A stretch of 64,000 nt of DNA from a virus: positions 1 to 64,000 of the IMG/VR virus record IMGVR_UViG_3300034022_000629; one strand, given 5' to 3'. Of the stretch, positions 9,374-17,204 are shown piece after piece. Position numbers and translations under genes: made by a program. How positions within the stretch are numbered: position 1 is the first letter of the stretch; each line of letters opens with the position of its first letter. The notes under the pieces are model-generated. The model was not told the origin of the DNA, ran no database searches, and was given only the letters and a program-made list of their open reading frames with translations.

Positions 9374-9799
9374 CTATGAATTTTCTTCAATATAATCGTG
9401 TTGTGGAGACCAAACTCCTTCAGAAGTTACTTTTGGATTCTCATTTCTATCAATCATAACCCATTCAGCTTTAACTAAACCCCAAGGTTTGAAATGTTCT
9501 AATACGTCCTCAAGTGAGAAACATTTACAACTGTAGATATCAAACTGAGCCATTGGTAATTCGTAATGATCCCAAATGTGAATTGATGCGTGTGATGTTG
9601 CCAAAGTAACCGTACCTGTTAAACCTTCATTACCTGGGTAATCAACGTAAACACTCGTAGGTCCACCTACAACTTCCATTTTAACTTTATGAACTAACTG
9701 GATAAACCATTCATTTAAATCACTAACTCTGTTCGGAGGATTAGTGAGCCAAACCTTCATCAAAAGGTGTTGGTGATAAGGAACAAATTCTTCTTGCAT
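9374..9799 (-). CDS. pyruvoyl-dependent S-adenosylmethionine decarboxylase-like proenzyme (SpeH/class 1 AdoMetDC family)
   Basis: ATSHASIHIWDH aligns with the ESHLTIHSFPE self-processing serine motif, and FDIYSCKCF with (I/V)D(V/I)YTCG; 141 aa. Confidence 0.5.
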   Translation of the reverse strand: MQEEFVPYHQHLLMKVWLTNPPNRVSDLNEWFIQLVHKVKMEVVGGPTSVYVDYPGNEGLTGTVTLATSHASIHIWDHYELPMAQFDIYSCKCFSLEDVLEHFKPWGLVKAEWVMIDRNENPKVTSEGVWSPQHDYIEENS

Positions 9800-9854
9800 A
9801 TATGTTTTTTTCTATTACATATATATCTTTGAATTTGTATTTTTCTAAGATTAT

Positions 9855-10103
9855 TTAAACTTTCTTATTCTTATAAAACCACATTATATGGGTTGTTAAT
9901 ATCGCTACGTTTACAAACATAGTTGGGTTATTCATAATCAGATATCCATACCAAATCCATAGAATGCAGGCTAGTGAATTTACCACCCTCAATTTAAACA
10001 TCGATTTAAACGTCATCGACATTAACACAACCACTGACGCAACCCAACCTAATACCTCAACCATTACTATATTTTTTAAAGTTCTTAACGAACCCAGTTT
10101 CAT
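9855..10103 (-). CDS. small 3-TM membrane protein
   Basis: Hydrophobic 82-aa ORF. Confidence 0.3.
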   Translation of the reverse strand: MKLGSLRTLKNIVMVEVLGWVASVVVLMSMTFKSMFKLRVVNSLACILWIWYGYLIMNNPTMFVNVAILTTHIMWFYKNKKV

Positions 10104-10740
10104 ACTTCTTTAATTCCTTTGTGTCTAATCCGTTATATAATCCCGTTGACATAAACGCCTGAATCTCATCATCGATAATTTTCTTATCATTAACATAACC
10201 CATTTTCATAAGTTTCTTTTTTAACTTATCGTAATGAGTTGGTTTAATTCCTTTTATAAGTTTATTAACGTCTCTCTTGTAATCTTTGTTGGTGAAATAT
10301 AGACCGTGAGCAATCTCGTGATCTAAAGTTTTTAAGTCTTTGCTACTCGCACCAATCAAATACCAATCGGTTCGTCTACCATCATTCTTTTCCGATGAAT
10401 CTTTTGCACAATACCAATAGATGTCGTTCATAATCGAATCGTACTCAGTGTCTTTACAAAACTGATGATGAGCAACTTGTAAAATGTTACAGGGAATATT
10501 ATAACCAGACCAATCTTCTGGATATGTAAATGTTTTCTTTTTCCAAGCATCTTTATAGAATCTCATATACTCCATCCAAGTAAAATATTTGTTCCTGAAT
10601 ATTTTATATGGTGACTCGTAGAATTCTTGGTATCGACAGAACAACATCGCTCTATCATAATTGTCGTCAACCAACACACAGTAAATGTTTGGTTTAATTT
10701 CTTTTACAACCCCCTGAACTAACGGATGATTGATTTTCAT
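10057..10740 (-). CDS. hypothetical protein with an HExxH motif (possible Zn-metallopeptidase-like fold)
   Basis: Contains HEIAHGLYF; no other anchors seen. Confidence 0.35.
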   Translation of the reverse strand: MKINHPLVQGVVKEIKPNIYCVLVDDNYDRAMLFCRYQEFYESPYKIFRNKYFTWMEYMRFYKDAWKKKTFTYPEDWSGYNIPCNILQVAHHQFCKDTEYDSIMNDIYWYCAKDSSEKNDGRRTDWYLIGASSKDLKTLDHEIAHGLYFTNKDYKRDVNKLIKGIKPTHYDKLKKKLMKMGYVNDKKIIDDEIQAFMSTGLYNGLDTKELKKYETGFVKNFKKYSNG

Positions 10741-10743
10741 AAA

Positions 10744-11319
10744 TTAAATTTTATTTATTTTAAATAACTCTTCGGTTAAATCAATATATGGTTGTGTTTC
10801 GGGATTATAATAGCCAACCATTTTGTCTATTTTTTCCTTATTGTCGTATGTTGTAGTTTTATTATGTTGTTCAACTCCCCAAATTGGTTCTGGTAATTCT
10901 CTAACATTAAACATAACCACTCGTTCTGGTGTTGCGCAAACATAAAAAACATCTTTGTCAGGTGATATAATCATATCGTCCCATTTTTTCTTTTCAACTA
11001 AGAAAGTATCATAATCTTTCTTTCTTCCTTTAGTTTCAATTCCACATTTTTCTAAAATACTACGCAAATCGATAGGAGAATATTTGTTATGTATATTTAA
11101 ATCTATCAAATCAGGATACAATTTTTTCAATTCAAAATAAATACTTGTTTCATCCTGACAAATGTAAGTTAGATATCTTTCTCTTCTTTTACTTAAAAGT
11201 AGTGGTATACAATTAATAATTGTATCTAAACAATTTTTATGTTCTTGTTCTTTTTCTAATTGTTCCGCTATCCGTTTTTCAATTTCTTCTACTGACAACT
11301 CTTCAATATCTCTCGACAT
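10744..11319 (-). CDS. hypothetical protein
   Basis: 191-aa ORF. Confidence 0.4.
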   Translation of the reverse strand: MSRDIEELSVEEIEKRIAEQLEKEQEHKNCLDTIINCIPLLLSKRRERYLTYICQDETSIYFELKKLYPDLIDLNIHNKYSPIDLRSILEKCGIETKGRKKDYDTFLVEKKKWDDMIISPDKDVFYVCATPERVVMFNVRELPEPIWGVEQHNKTTTYDNKEKIDKMVGYYNPETQPYIDLTEELFKINKI

Positions 11320-11903
11320 AAATCTTCTGGTATTTTACTTCTTTCATAAGCGTTAGATCTACCTTGTGTTCCTGTTTTAGAACCTCTAGGTGCTGCAACG
11401 TGACAAGGTGAACCATTCTTACACATTGGTCTTGGAACCCATACATCACTATTAGTCCATATGTCGGTTGGTTTCATTCTTTCATCACCATACTGACAAT
11501 ATGTAACAGTGTTTCGTTTGAACTTATCCATAAATGGCATCTTACGAAGAACTCCTCTTGGGTTTTCAATGAACCAATATGTTGGATTGAAATGTTCAAT
11601 CACTTCGATAGTTTTCTTAACTAATTCAATACCAAGTCGTGCGGTATCTGTCTTAGGAATGTACGCACCCTTACCTCCAGTCCAATGGTGACCTAAAGCG
11701 GCAACACTGAATCCTGTACAAGGTGGTGATGCCCAAATTACATCAGGTTGAAATGGAACTTTGGTTACATCAAAGTCTAAGATACTAACGGCATAATGTA
11801 TTCCGTCAAATGGTGTTAGGTCGGATGAAAATACTTCCATACCTAACTCTTCGGCAATCTTTCCAACGGAACGACTACCCGCAAATAATTCTAATACTTT
11901 CAT
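11289..11903 (-). CDS. DNA (cytosine-5)-methyltransferase, compact
   Basis: - Motif I: FAGSRSVG.
- Motif IV: ASPPCTGFS, carrying the catalytic Cys.
- Motif VI: FIENPRG (ENV block). Confidence 0.7.
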   Translation of the reverse strand: MKVLELFAGSRSVGKIAEELGMEVFSSDLTPFDGIHYAVSILDFDVTKVPFQPDVIWASPPCTGFSVAALGHHWTGGKGAYIPKTDTARLGIELVKKTIEVIEHFNPTYWFIENPRGVLRKMPFMDKFKRNTVTYCQYGDERMKPTDIWTNSDVWVPRPMCKNGSPCHVAAPRGSKTGTQGRSNAYERSKIPEDLCREILKSCQ

Positions 11904-12190
11904 TAAACTAAATGCTTAAATTTATCAGCAACGTTATTGATATAATTTTCCTCATCTAAAGATAATAGATGTCTACATTTTTTTAAATGGTCAAGACTAT
12001 CCCAAAAAGATTCATCGTTAACATTTGGTCTACGAACACCGTAATTAGATGCTTTAATATCTTTTTGGTCTTCACTAATGAACCCACACTCAACTAAGTA
12101 ATCAATTAGTTCTTGTCTTTCTCTAGATGAACAAGCATCAACAAATTCACTTGGATTAACGTCGATGTCGTCTGGTGTAAAATCTGGCAT
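11903..12190 (-). CDS. hypothetical acidic protein
   Basis: 95-aa ORF. Confidence 0.35.
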   Translation of the reverse strand: MPDFTPDDIDVNPSEFVDACSSRERQELIDYLVECGFISEDQKDIKASNYGVRRPNVNDESFWDSLDHLKKCRHLLSLDEENYINNVADKFKHLV

Positions 12191-12247
12191 AATAATTTTA
12201 TTTAAATGTTTAAATAAAATATAAGAAAAAAAATTGGAAATAAAAAA

Positions 12248-12580
12248 TTATAGAGAAAAAGATTCTCCACATCCACAGGTGCGGGATGCATTAGGATTGG
12301 ACCAACTAAATCCTTTACCGTTTAAACCAGATGAGTATTGTAGCTCGGTACCATATAGATAAAGAACTGATTTCTTATCTACCACTAATTTAACTCCACC
12401 GCCCGCCTCGAACACGTCGTCCGATTCGTGTATGTTGTCATCAAAGTCCATTGTATATGAAAGACCTGAACATCCTCCACCCTTTACCCCAACACGAAGA
12501 TGGTGAGTGTCTGGATTTATACCATCACCCACCATAAGTTCTATCACGTGTTCTAATGCTAACTCACTTATTGTAATCAC
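12248..12580 (-). CDS. iscA: IscA/HesB-family Fe-S cluster assembly (A-type carrier) protein
   Basis: GGGCSGLSY and the C-terminal CGCGESF carry the three conserved Cys of A-type carriers; 110 aa. Confidence 0.7.
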   Translation of the reverse strand: MITISELALEHVIELMVGDGINPDTHHLRVGVKGGGCSGLSYTMDFDDNIHESDDVFEAGGGVKLVVDKKSVLYLYGTELQYSSGLNGKGFSWSNPNASRTCGCGESFSL

Positions 12581-12762
12581 TTTAAACCAGTCTTATTTAA
12601 TAAAGAATCGGTTGTTTTAATATCAACCTTTATTTCTTTTATCACTTGGGTTTCCTTTCGTAATTTTGCAAGTTCTCGTTGTTGAAAGAAACATATTAAT
12701 AGTAATGCGATTGCACTTCCCTTAGTTATGTTGTCTTGATTTTTCTTGAAGAATTCTATCAT
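12577..12762 (-). CDS. small membrane protein
   Basis: 61 aa with one TM helix; overlaps both neighbours by 4 nt. Confidence 0.3.
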   Translation of the reverse strand: MIEFFKKNQDNITKGSAIALLLICFFQQRELAKLRKETQVIKEIKVDIKTTDSLLNKTGLK

Positions 12763-12766
12763 AGTT

Positions 12767-13162
12767 TTAATTAATTAATATATCCATACCATTTTTCTTT
12801 CGGTAATCGTTTATCGCTTCTTTGATAGCATCTTCCGCTAATACCGAACAATGTATCTTAACTGGAGGTAATGATAGTTCCTCCACCAATTCCATATTAT
12901 CCATTTTAATTGCATCATCTATTGACATTCCTTTCAACCATTCGGTTGCTAAAGAGGATGCTGCGATTGCCGATCCACATCCGAAGGTTTTGAACTTAGC
13001 GTCGGTTATGATGTTATCGTTAACTTCAATTTGTAATCTCATTACATCACCACATTCTGGTGCACCCACTAATCCCGTACCTACATTAGATTTACTTTTA
13101 TCCAAAGTACCTACGTTTCGTGGGTTATTGAAATGATCTATTACCTTATCTCCGTATGCCAT
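12767..13162 (-). CDS. iscU: IscU/NifU-like Fe-S cluster scaffold
   Basis: The GAPECGDVMRLQI, TFGCGSAIAASS and LPPVKIHCSVLAEDAI motifs supply the three Cys plus His characteristic of IscU. Confidence 0.8.
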   Translation of the reverse strand: MAYGDKVIDHFNNPRNVGTLDKSKSNVGTGLVGAPECGDVMRLQIEVNDNIITDAKFKTFGCGSAIAASSLATEWLKGMSIDDAIKMDNMELVEELSLPPVKIHCSVLAEDAIKEAINDYRKKNGMDILIN

Positions 13163-13185
13163 AGTATTTGTTTATATGATAAATA

Positions 13186-13431
13186 TCAGTCAATCAGTTC
13201 ATCTGTTATAATGTTATGATCATTTAAGATTTCGTGTATCTTTTCATATACCAATTCCAAAGCATCATACTTGTCAATTTCTTTACCTTCCATTGACCAT
13301 TCTAAACCTTTTTTAGTGTTATGTACAATATCCCATAACGCCATCGCCATATCTAAAGATTTAATTGCTCTTTTATGTGCCATAACATCGTCAGGATCAC
13401 TTAAGTTGTACTCTATTGTCGCTTTCGCCAT
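13186..13431 (-). CDS. hypothetical protein
   Basis: 81-aa ORF. Confidence 0.4.
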   Translation of the reverse strand: MAKATIEYNLSDPDDVMAHKRAIKSLDMAMALWDIVHNTKKGLEWSMEGKEIDKYDALELVYEKIHEILNDHNIITDELID

Positions 13432-13553
13432 AAGTCACTGAGTTTTTTACCTGGTTTAATTATTCTACCGTTTTCATCCATCATAGGTGCTCGGTATATT
13501 TCAAATGCCATCCATAAACCTACTAAAACTAATAAAATTCCAAACTTCATCAT
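13413..13553 (-). CDS. unannotated 46-aa single-TM peptide (MMKFGILLVLVGLWMAFEIY...)
   Basis: Found by hand translation of an otherwise empty 120-nt gap. Hydrophobic N-terminus; overlaps the next start by 19 nt. Below the ORF-track size cutoff. Confidence 0.25.
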   Translation of the reverse strand: MMKFGILLVLVGLWMAFEIYRAPMMDENGRIIKPGKKLSDLWRKRQ

Positions 13554-13559
13554 ATTGAT

Positions 13560-13862
13560 TTATTTTAATGATTCAACATATTTTGATTTCCAAAATTGCC
13601 ACCATTTACGTTTGACAATTGGTTTACATTCTGAGAATGGATTATCTCCAAATGCTACCTTATTTAAATACTTGGAAGATATTACATTGAAAAATATTTC
13701 GTGGTACTTTTTATCTACCGTGGAAAAATCGGCAATAACTTCAACGTTTAATGTTACAGGACCATCTTCAGTATATACTATAAAATGTTCTTGTAATTTA
13801 ACTAAACTACTTGTTTGTAAATTTATATAATTTCCATTTCCAATGTGAAAATCGGTTCCCAT
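13560..13862 (-). CDS. hypothetical protein
   Basis: 100-aa ORF. Confidence 0.35.
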   Translation of the reverse strand: MGTDFHIGNGNYINLQTSSLVKLQEHFIVYTEDGPVTLNVEVIADFSTVDKKYHEIFFNVISSKYLNKVAFGDNPFSECKPIVKRKWWQFWKSKYVESLK

Positions 13863-13863
13863 A

Positions 13864-14187
13864 TTACTCTGTTTGTGTTGTTAATATTAGTTCAAATTCG
13901 TTAGCACCTTTTTTGTTTTGTTCTTTGAACATTTCAAGTGCAATCTCATAACGACTAACCTCAGTAAATCTAATAAATAATTCATCTCGTAAACTATCTC
14001 GTTCATTAATGATTTGTACCTTTTCAATATCACCACCAGGAATATAACCATTGTCTGTTTGACACTTAACTAATTCTTCTTTTGTTTTTCTCAACTCTTC
14101 TAATTTATTAAAATAGTTAACCAATAAACCTGTAAAAGATAATGTAGCAACTACCACATAAAATCTAAGCTGTGTTAAAATTTTCAT
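13864..14187 (-). CDS. hypothetical membrane-anchored coiled-coil protein
   Basis: N-terminal TM helix followed by coiled coil. Confidence 0.35.
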   Translation of the reverse strand: MKILTQLRFYVVVATLSFTGLLVNYFNKLEELRKTKEELVKCQTDNGYIPGGDIEKVQIINERDSLRDELFIRFTEVSRYEIALEMFKEQNKKGANEFELILTTQTE

Positions 14188-14486
14188 TTGTCTAATTTTT
14201 TAATGTCTGTTAATATTTTCTCCACCTCTTGTTCAGATAGATAACCAAGTACATCGTCTGTAATTGGTGTGTCGTAAGTTATCTGACCATCTTTACCAAA
14301 GACAGCTAATTCATATAACCCTTTAGATCCTCCATATGTATGTTCACCTTGAACAATACTAGCCCCGTAACCATTTGAAAATTGTACTATACATTGTTTT
14401 CCTATCCCCATTGGGTGTATTTGGAAATTCAACTCCTCGAACACTATCGTGTCTAAGTTGTTCGTTGGTCTTGTTTTTACGTTCAT
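14184..14486 (-). CDS. hypothetical protein
   Basis: 100-aa ORF. Confidence 0.35.
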   Translation of the reverse strand: MNVKTRPTNNLDTIVFEELNFQIHPMGIGKQCIVQFSNGYGASIVQGEHTYGGSKGLYELAVFGKDGQITYDTPITDDVLGYLSEQEVEKILTDIKKLDK

Positions 14487-14530
14487 CTTTTTGTTTTTTT
14501 ACAAATGATTGTATTAAATAATAATTCATA

Positions 14531-14695
14531 TTAAAATATTTCTTCCGCAATTCCTAATACCTCAGCAACACCTAAAAATATTGCCGTGTTTCCGAATTGC
14601 TCGTTAAATAAAAAAAGACACGCCACAATTCGTAAAATTGATTTTACAATACTAATCCAAAAATGGCTGTTTGTTTTTGATTCTTTCTCTTGCAT
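14531..14695 (-). CDS. unannotated 54-aa membrane peptide (MQEKESKTNSHFWISIVKSILRIVACLFLF...)
   Basis: Hand-translated. Its ATG lies 5 nt after the methyltransferase stop, and it fills a 210-nt gap that is otherwise non-coding. Confidence 0.3.
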   Translation of the reverse strand: MQEKESKTNSHFWISIVKSILRIVACLFLFNEQFGNTAIFLGVAEVLGIAEEIF

Positions 14696-14699
14696 AACT

Positions 14700-15668
14700 T
14701 TAATATACTATTTTTTCTTGAGATTTCAAAATATCATCAACAATTTGTATCCTTTGACCAATCCATCTCATTACATTTACTGTCATTGAGTTACCAATAA
14801 TACCTTTAACATTTGAATATGATGGTTTTTTACCGTCAATTTCAAAGTCAAGATAATCATCAGGGAACCCCTGAAGTCTAAGTAATTCTTTCTCGGTAAA
14901 TTCTCGGATACCTCCCTCATCAACCCAATAGTTTGATGTTGAATCCTTACCAAACCCATCGGTTAATGTTTGAGAATATGATTTAGTTATCGTACCTGCG
15001 ATTCTAATTTGTCCGAGAAGACTTTTGGTACGGTCATCCCTCTCTTTAAGAGTCTCTTTTTTAAATTTCTTAAAACATCCTTCGTCAAATAATATTGCCG
15101 CAGGGACTCTCCAGTCGGTTCCACGATATCCAACAATGTAGACTCTTTTGCGTCGTTGGGGTACTCCAAAATATTGGGAGTCGAAAACCCTATAAGCGAT
15201 TGACCGTTTGGTACCTTGAACAATACCTCCCCCTCTGTTGATGTTGTCCGGTCTAAAATCGACACCTGTGAAAGAGGAGATGATGTCACACAACCCTTCT
15301 TTGTGTTCTTTATCAAAAACACCGTCGACGTTTTCCCATACGTTGTACTTGGGAGATTTTGACTCAAGAATTCCTCCATATTTAATGGCGAGTTGAGCAC
15401 GTAAGTCATCCATTCCTTTTCTGAGTCCTGAATTTGACCAAGCTTGGCACGGTGTGCCTCCGACGAACACGTCGAAATCTGTTTTTTTGAATTTTTCATC
15501 GTCTAGTAAGTTTAACATATTTGTATAAAAAGGAACATCAGGGTAATGATGTTTAAGGACTTTCTGTGGGAAACTTGCAAAGTCACATAGACCCGCACAT
15601 TCCCAACCAAGTGGCTCCCAAGCGACAGTCGCCGCCTCCATACCACTACATACTGAAAAATACTTCAT
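14700..15668 (-). CDS. DNA (cytosine-5)-methyltransferase
   Basis: - Motif I: FSVCSGMEAA.
- Motif IV: GGTPCQAWSNSG.
- Motif VI: NVWENVDG (ENV).
- Length 322 aa. Confidence 0.75.
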   Translation of the reverse strand: MKYFSVCSGMEAATVAWEPLGWECAGLCDFASFPQKVLKHHYPDVPFYTNMLNLLDDEKFKKTDFDVFVGGTPCQAWSNSGLRKGMDDLRAQLAIKYGGILESKSPKYNVWENVDGVFDKEHKEGLCDIISSFTGVDFRPDNINRGGGIVQGTKRSIAYRVFDSQYFGVPQRRKRVYIVGYRGTDWRVPAAILFDEGCFKKFKKETLKERDDRTKSLLGQIRIAGTITKSYSQTLTDGFGKDSTSNYWVDEGGIREFTEKELLRLQGFPDDYLDFEIDGKKPSYSNVKGIIGNSMTVNVMRWIGQRIQIVDDILKSQEKIVY

Positions 15669-15771
15669 ACGTTTGTAAGTTTAAATTGTTTCGATACAAA
15701 TGTAATAATAATTTCGGAAATACGAAAAAAAATTAAAATATTTTTCGGAATATGATATAACTAATTGATTA

Positions 15772-17166
15772 TTAGTTACTTAAAAAGTCATATTTTTCTT
15801 TTTTCCACTCTATATGTGGGTGTGATTTAAATCTATTAGTTAAGGTTTCAACTGCAGAATCAAATATATCAATTACTGGTGTGTTCGCCTTACCATATTG
15901 TTGAACTAGATTACCTTTTCTATATTGTAAGTTGATTCTTTTTCTTTTGTAAGTTAATGCAACATAAACATAAAGATTACCATTGGTAAATTGTTTACTC
16001 ATACAATTCTTCATAGTATATCCCTCCAACCTAAAATCTTCTTCCGTTAATAAAATCTTTGGTTTGTATACCTCACCATCAATATCAATCTCTGTTTCAA
16101 TAATATTAACAAAGTCCTCTGGGAATTCATATCTTAATTTATATCCACGAGCAAGGTGTAATTTAATTCCAGACCAGGACTCCAACATATTTTCAAACTC
16201 GTGATCGTCTTTTGCTTTGAACTTTAATTCTATATCTCTCTCCTCTAATAATTCCCTGATTGAAAATAACTTATTAAGATTGTATATTAAAGAATCAGAT
16301 CTCAATGTTTCTTTCTCCCAACCATTAATAAGTCTAACCATTGATTTCTTTTCCACATCATTCTTTAGTTGATGTATTTTTTTGTTTGGTGGTAAATCAT
16401 AGCAATGTTGTTCCCAAACAAATTGTTTCAAATATTCTAGATAGTTGTCACCAAATAATTTACAAATATAATTTAATGAACTAATGTGAATTGGTTTATC
16501 ACACTTTGTATTTAATTGACTAACTAGATACTTTGATTTAATTCCATATGAATCAAGGACTGACGGTAGGAACTTATTATCGTTCTTAACTAACCACTTC
16601 TTCTTTGGGTATTCATACTTAATGTCTTCATACACTCCGTCGTGTGATTTAATATCTTTAACATCTAAATGATAATCAACTAACATATCATAAAGTGGAT
16701 TAACAACACTTTTATGTTCGTAGTTTTTAGATTTAATGAAATCACTTTTAAAATTAGGTTCTATTTTCCTATAAATGATATCGTTGATTGATTCAATTGC
16801 TCTATCATACTTGACACCCCAAAATTTTAATCTCTTCTCACCTCTATAATAACCATTCTCACTTAACTCGGAAAGTAATTTAAATGAATTCTTTTTAGTA
16901 AGGTATGAAGACTTGAATTGTTTCTCATCTGTTAAGTTATTATTGTTAAGTCTATAACCAACAACGATATCTCCAGTTGTAATGTTTAAATTAAATGTAT
17001 GAGTAAATGTGATTTGTTTTTTGGTTCCCCACCTTTGATAATCAAAATCAAACGTGCCAACAAATTCAATGTTGTTATCGTCAGAATACAATTTCAAATC
17101 ACATAGTGAAACTGATCCACTTTTACTATCTACCTTTTTCTGATTGTGTATTAATAATAAATCCAT
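15772..17166 (-). CDS. PcfJ-like domain protein (paralogue A)
   Basis: The C-terminal EGYTMKNCMSKQF...YVYVALTYK aligns with the HCV-motif region of its neighbour. An internal LPSVLDSYGIKSK...ICKLFGDNYLEYL segment is shared with the 17205-19097 protein. Confidence 0.45.
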   Translation of the reverse strand: MDLLLIHNQKKVDSKSGSVSLCDLKLYSDDNNIEFVGTFDFDYQRWGTKKQITFTHTFNLNITTGDIVVGYRLNNNNLTDEKQFKSSYLTKKNSFKLLSELSENGYYRGEKRLKFWGVKYDRAIESINDIIYRKIEPNFKSDFIKSKNYEHKSVVNPLYDMLVDYHLDVKDIKSHDGVYEDIKYEYPKKKWLVKNDNKFLPSVLDSYGIKSKYLVSQLNTKCDKPIHISSLNYICKLFGDNYLEYLKQFVWEQHCYDLPPNKKIHQLKNDVEKKSMVRLINGWEKETLRSDSLIYNLNKLFSIRELLEERDIELKFKAKDDHEFENMLESWSGIKLHLARGYKLRYEFPEDFVNIIETEIDIDGEVYKPKILLTEEDFRLEGYTMKNCMSKQFTNGNLYVYVALTYKRKRINLQYRKGNLVQQYGKANTPVIDIFDSAVETLTNRFKSHPHIEWKKEKYDFLSN

Positions 17167-17204
17167 CTACATAAAATATAGATGGATTTATTTAGTTTGT
17201 GTAG

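Noticed and set aside
14359-14550. 63-aa ORF overlapping the 14184-14486 gene, and the plus-strand ORF at 14586-14789
   Set aside because: They overlap better-supported genes or the gap peptide at 14531-14695 and have low-complexity K/N-rich composition. They are likely spurious.
14987-15499. 170-aa minus-strand ORF nested inside the 322-aa methyltransferase gene
   Set aside because: It is an alternative frame of a gene with clear MTase motifs, and it has no independent signal.
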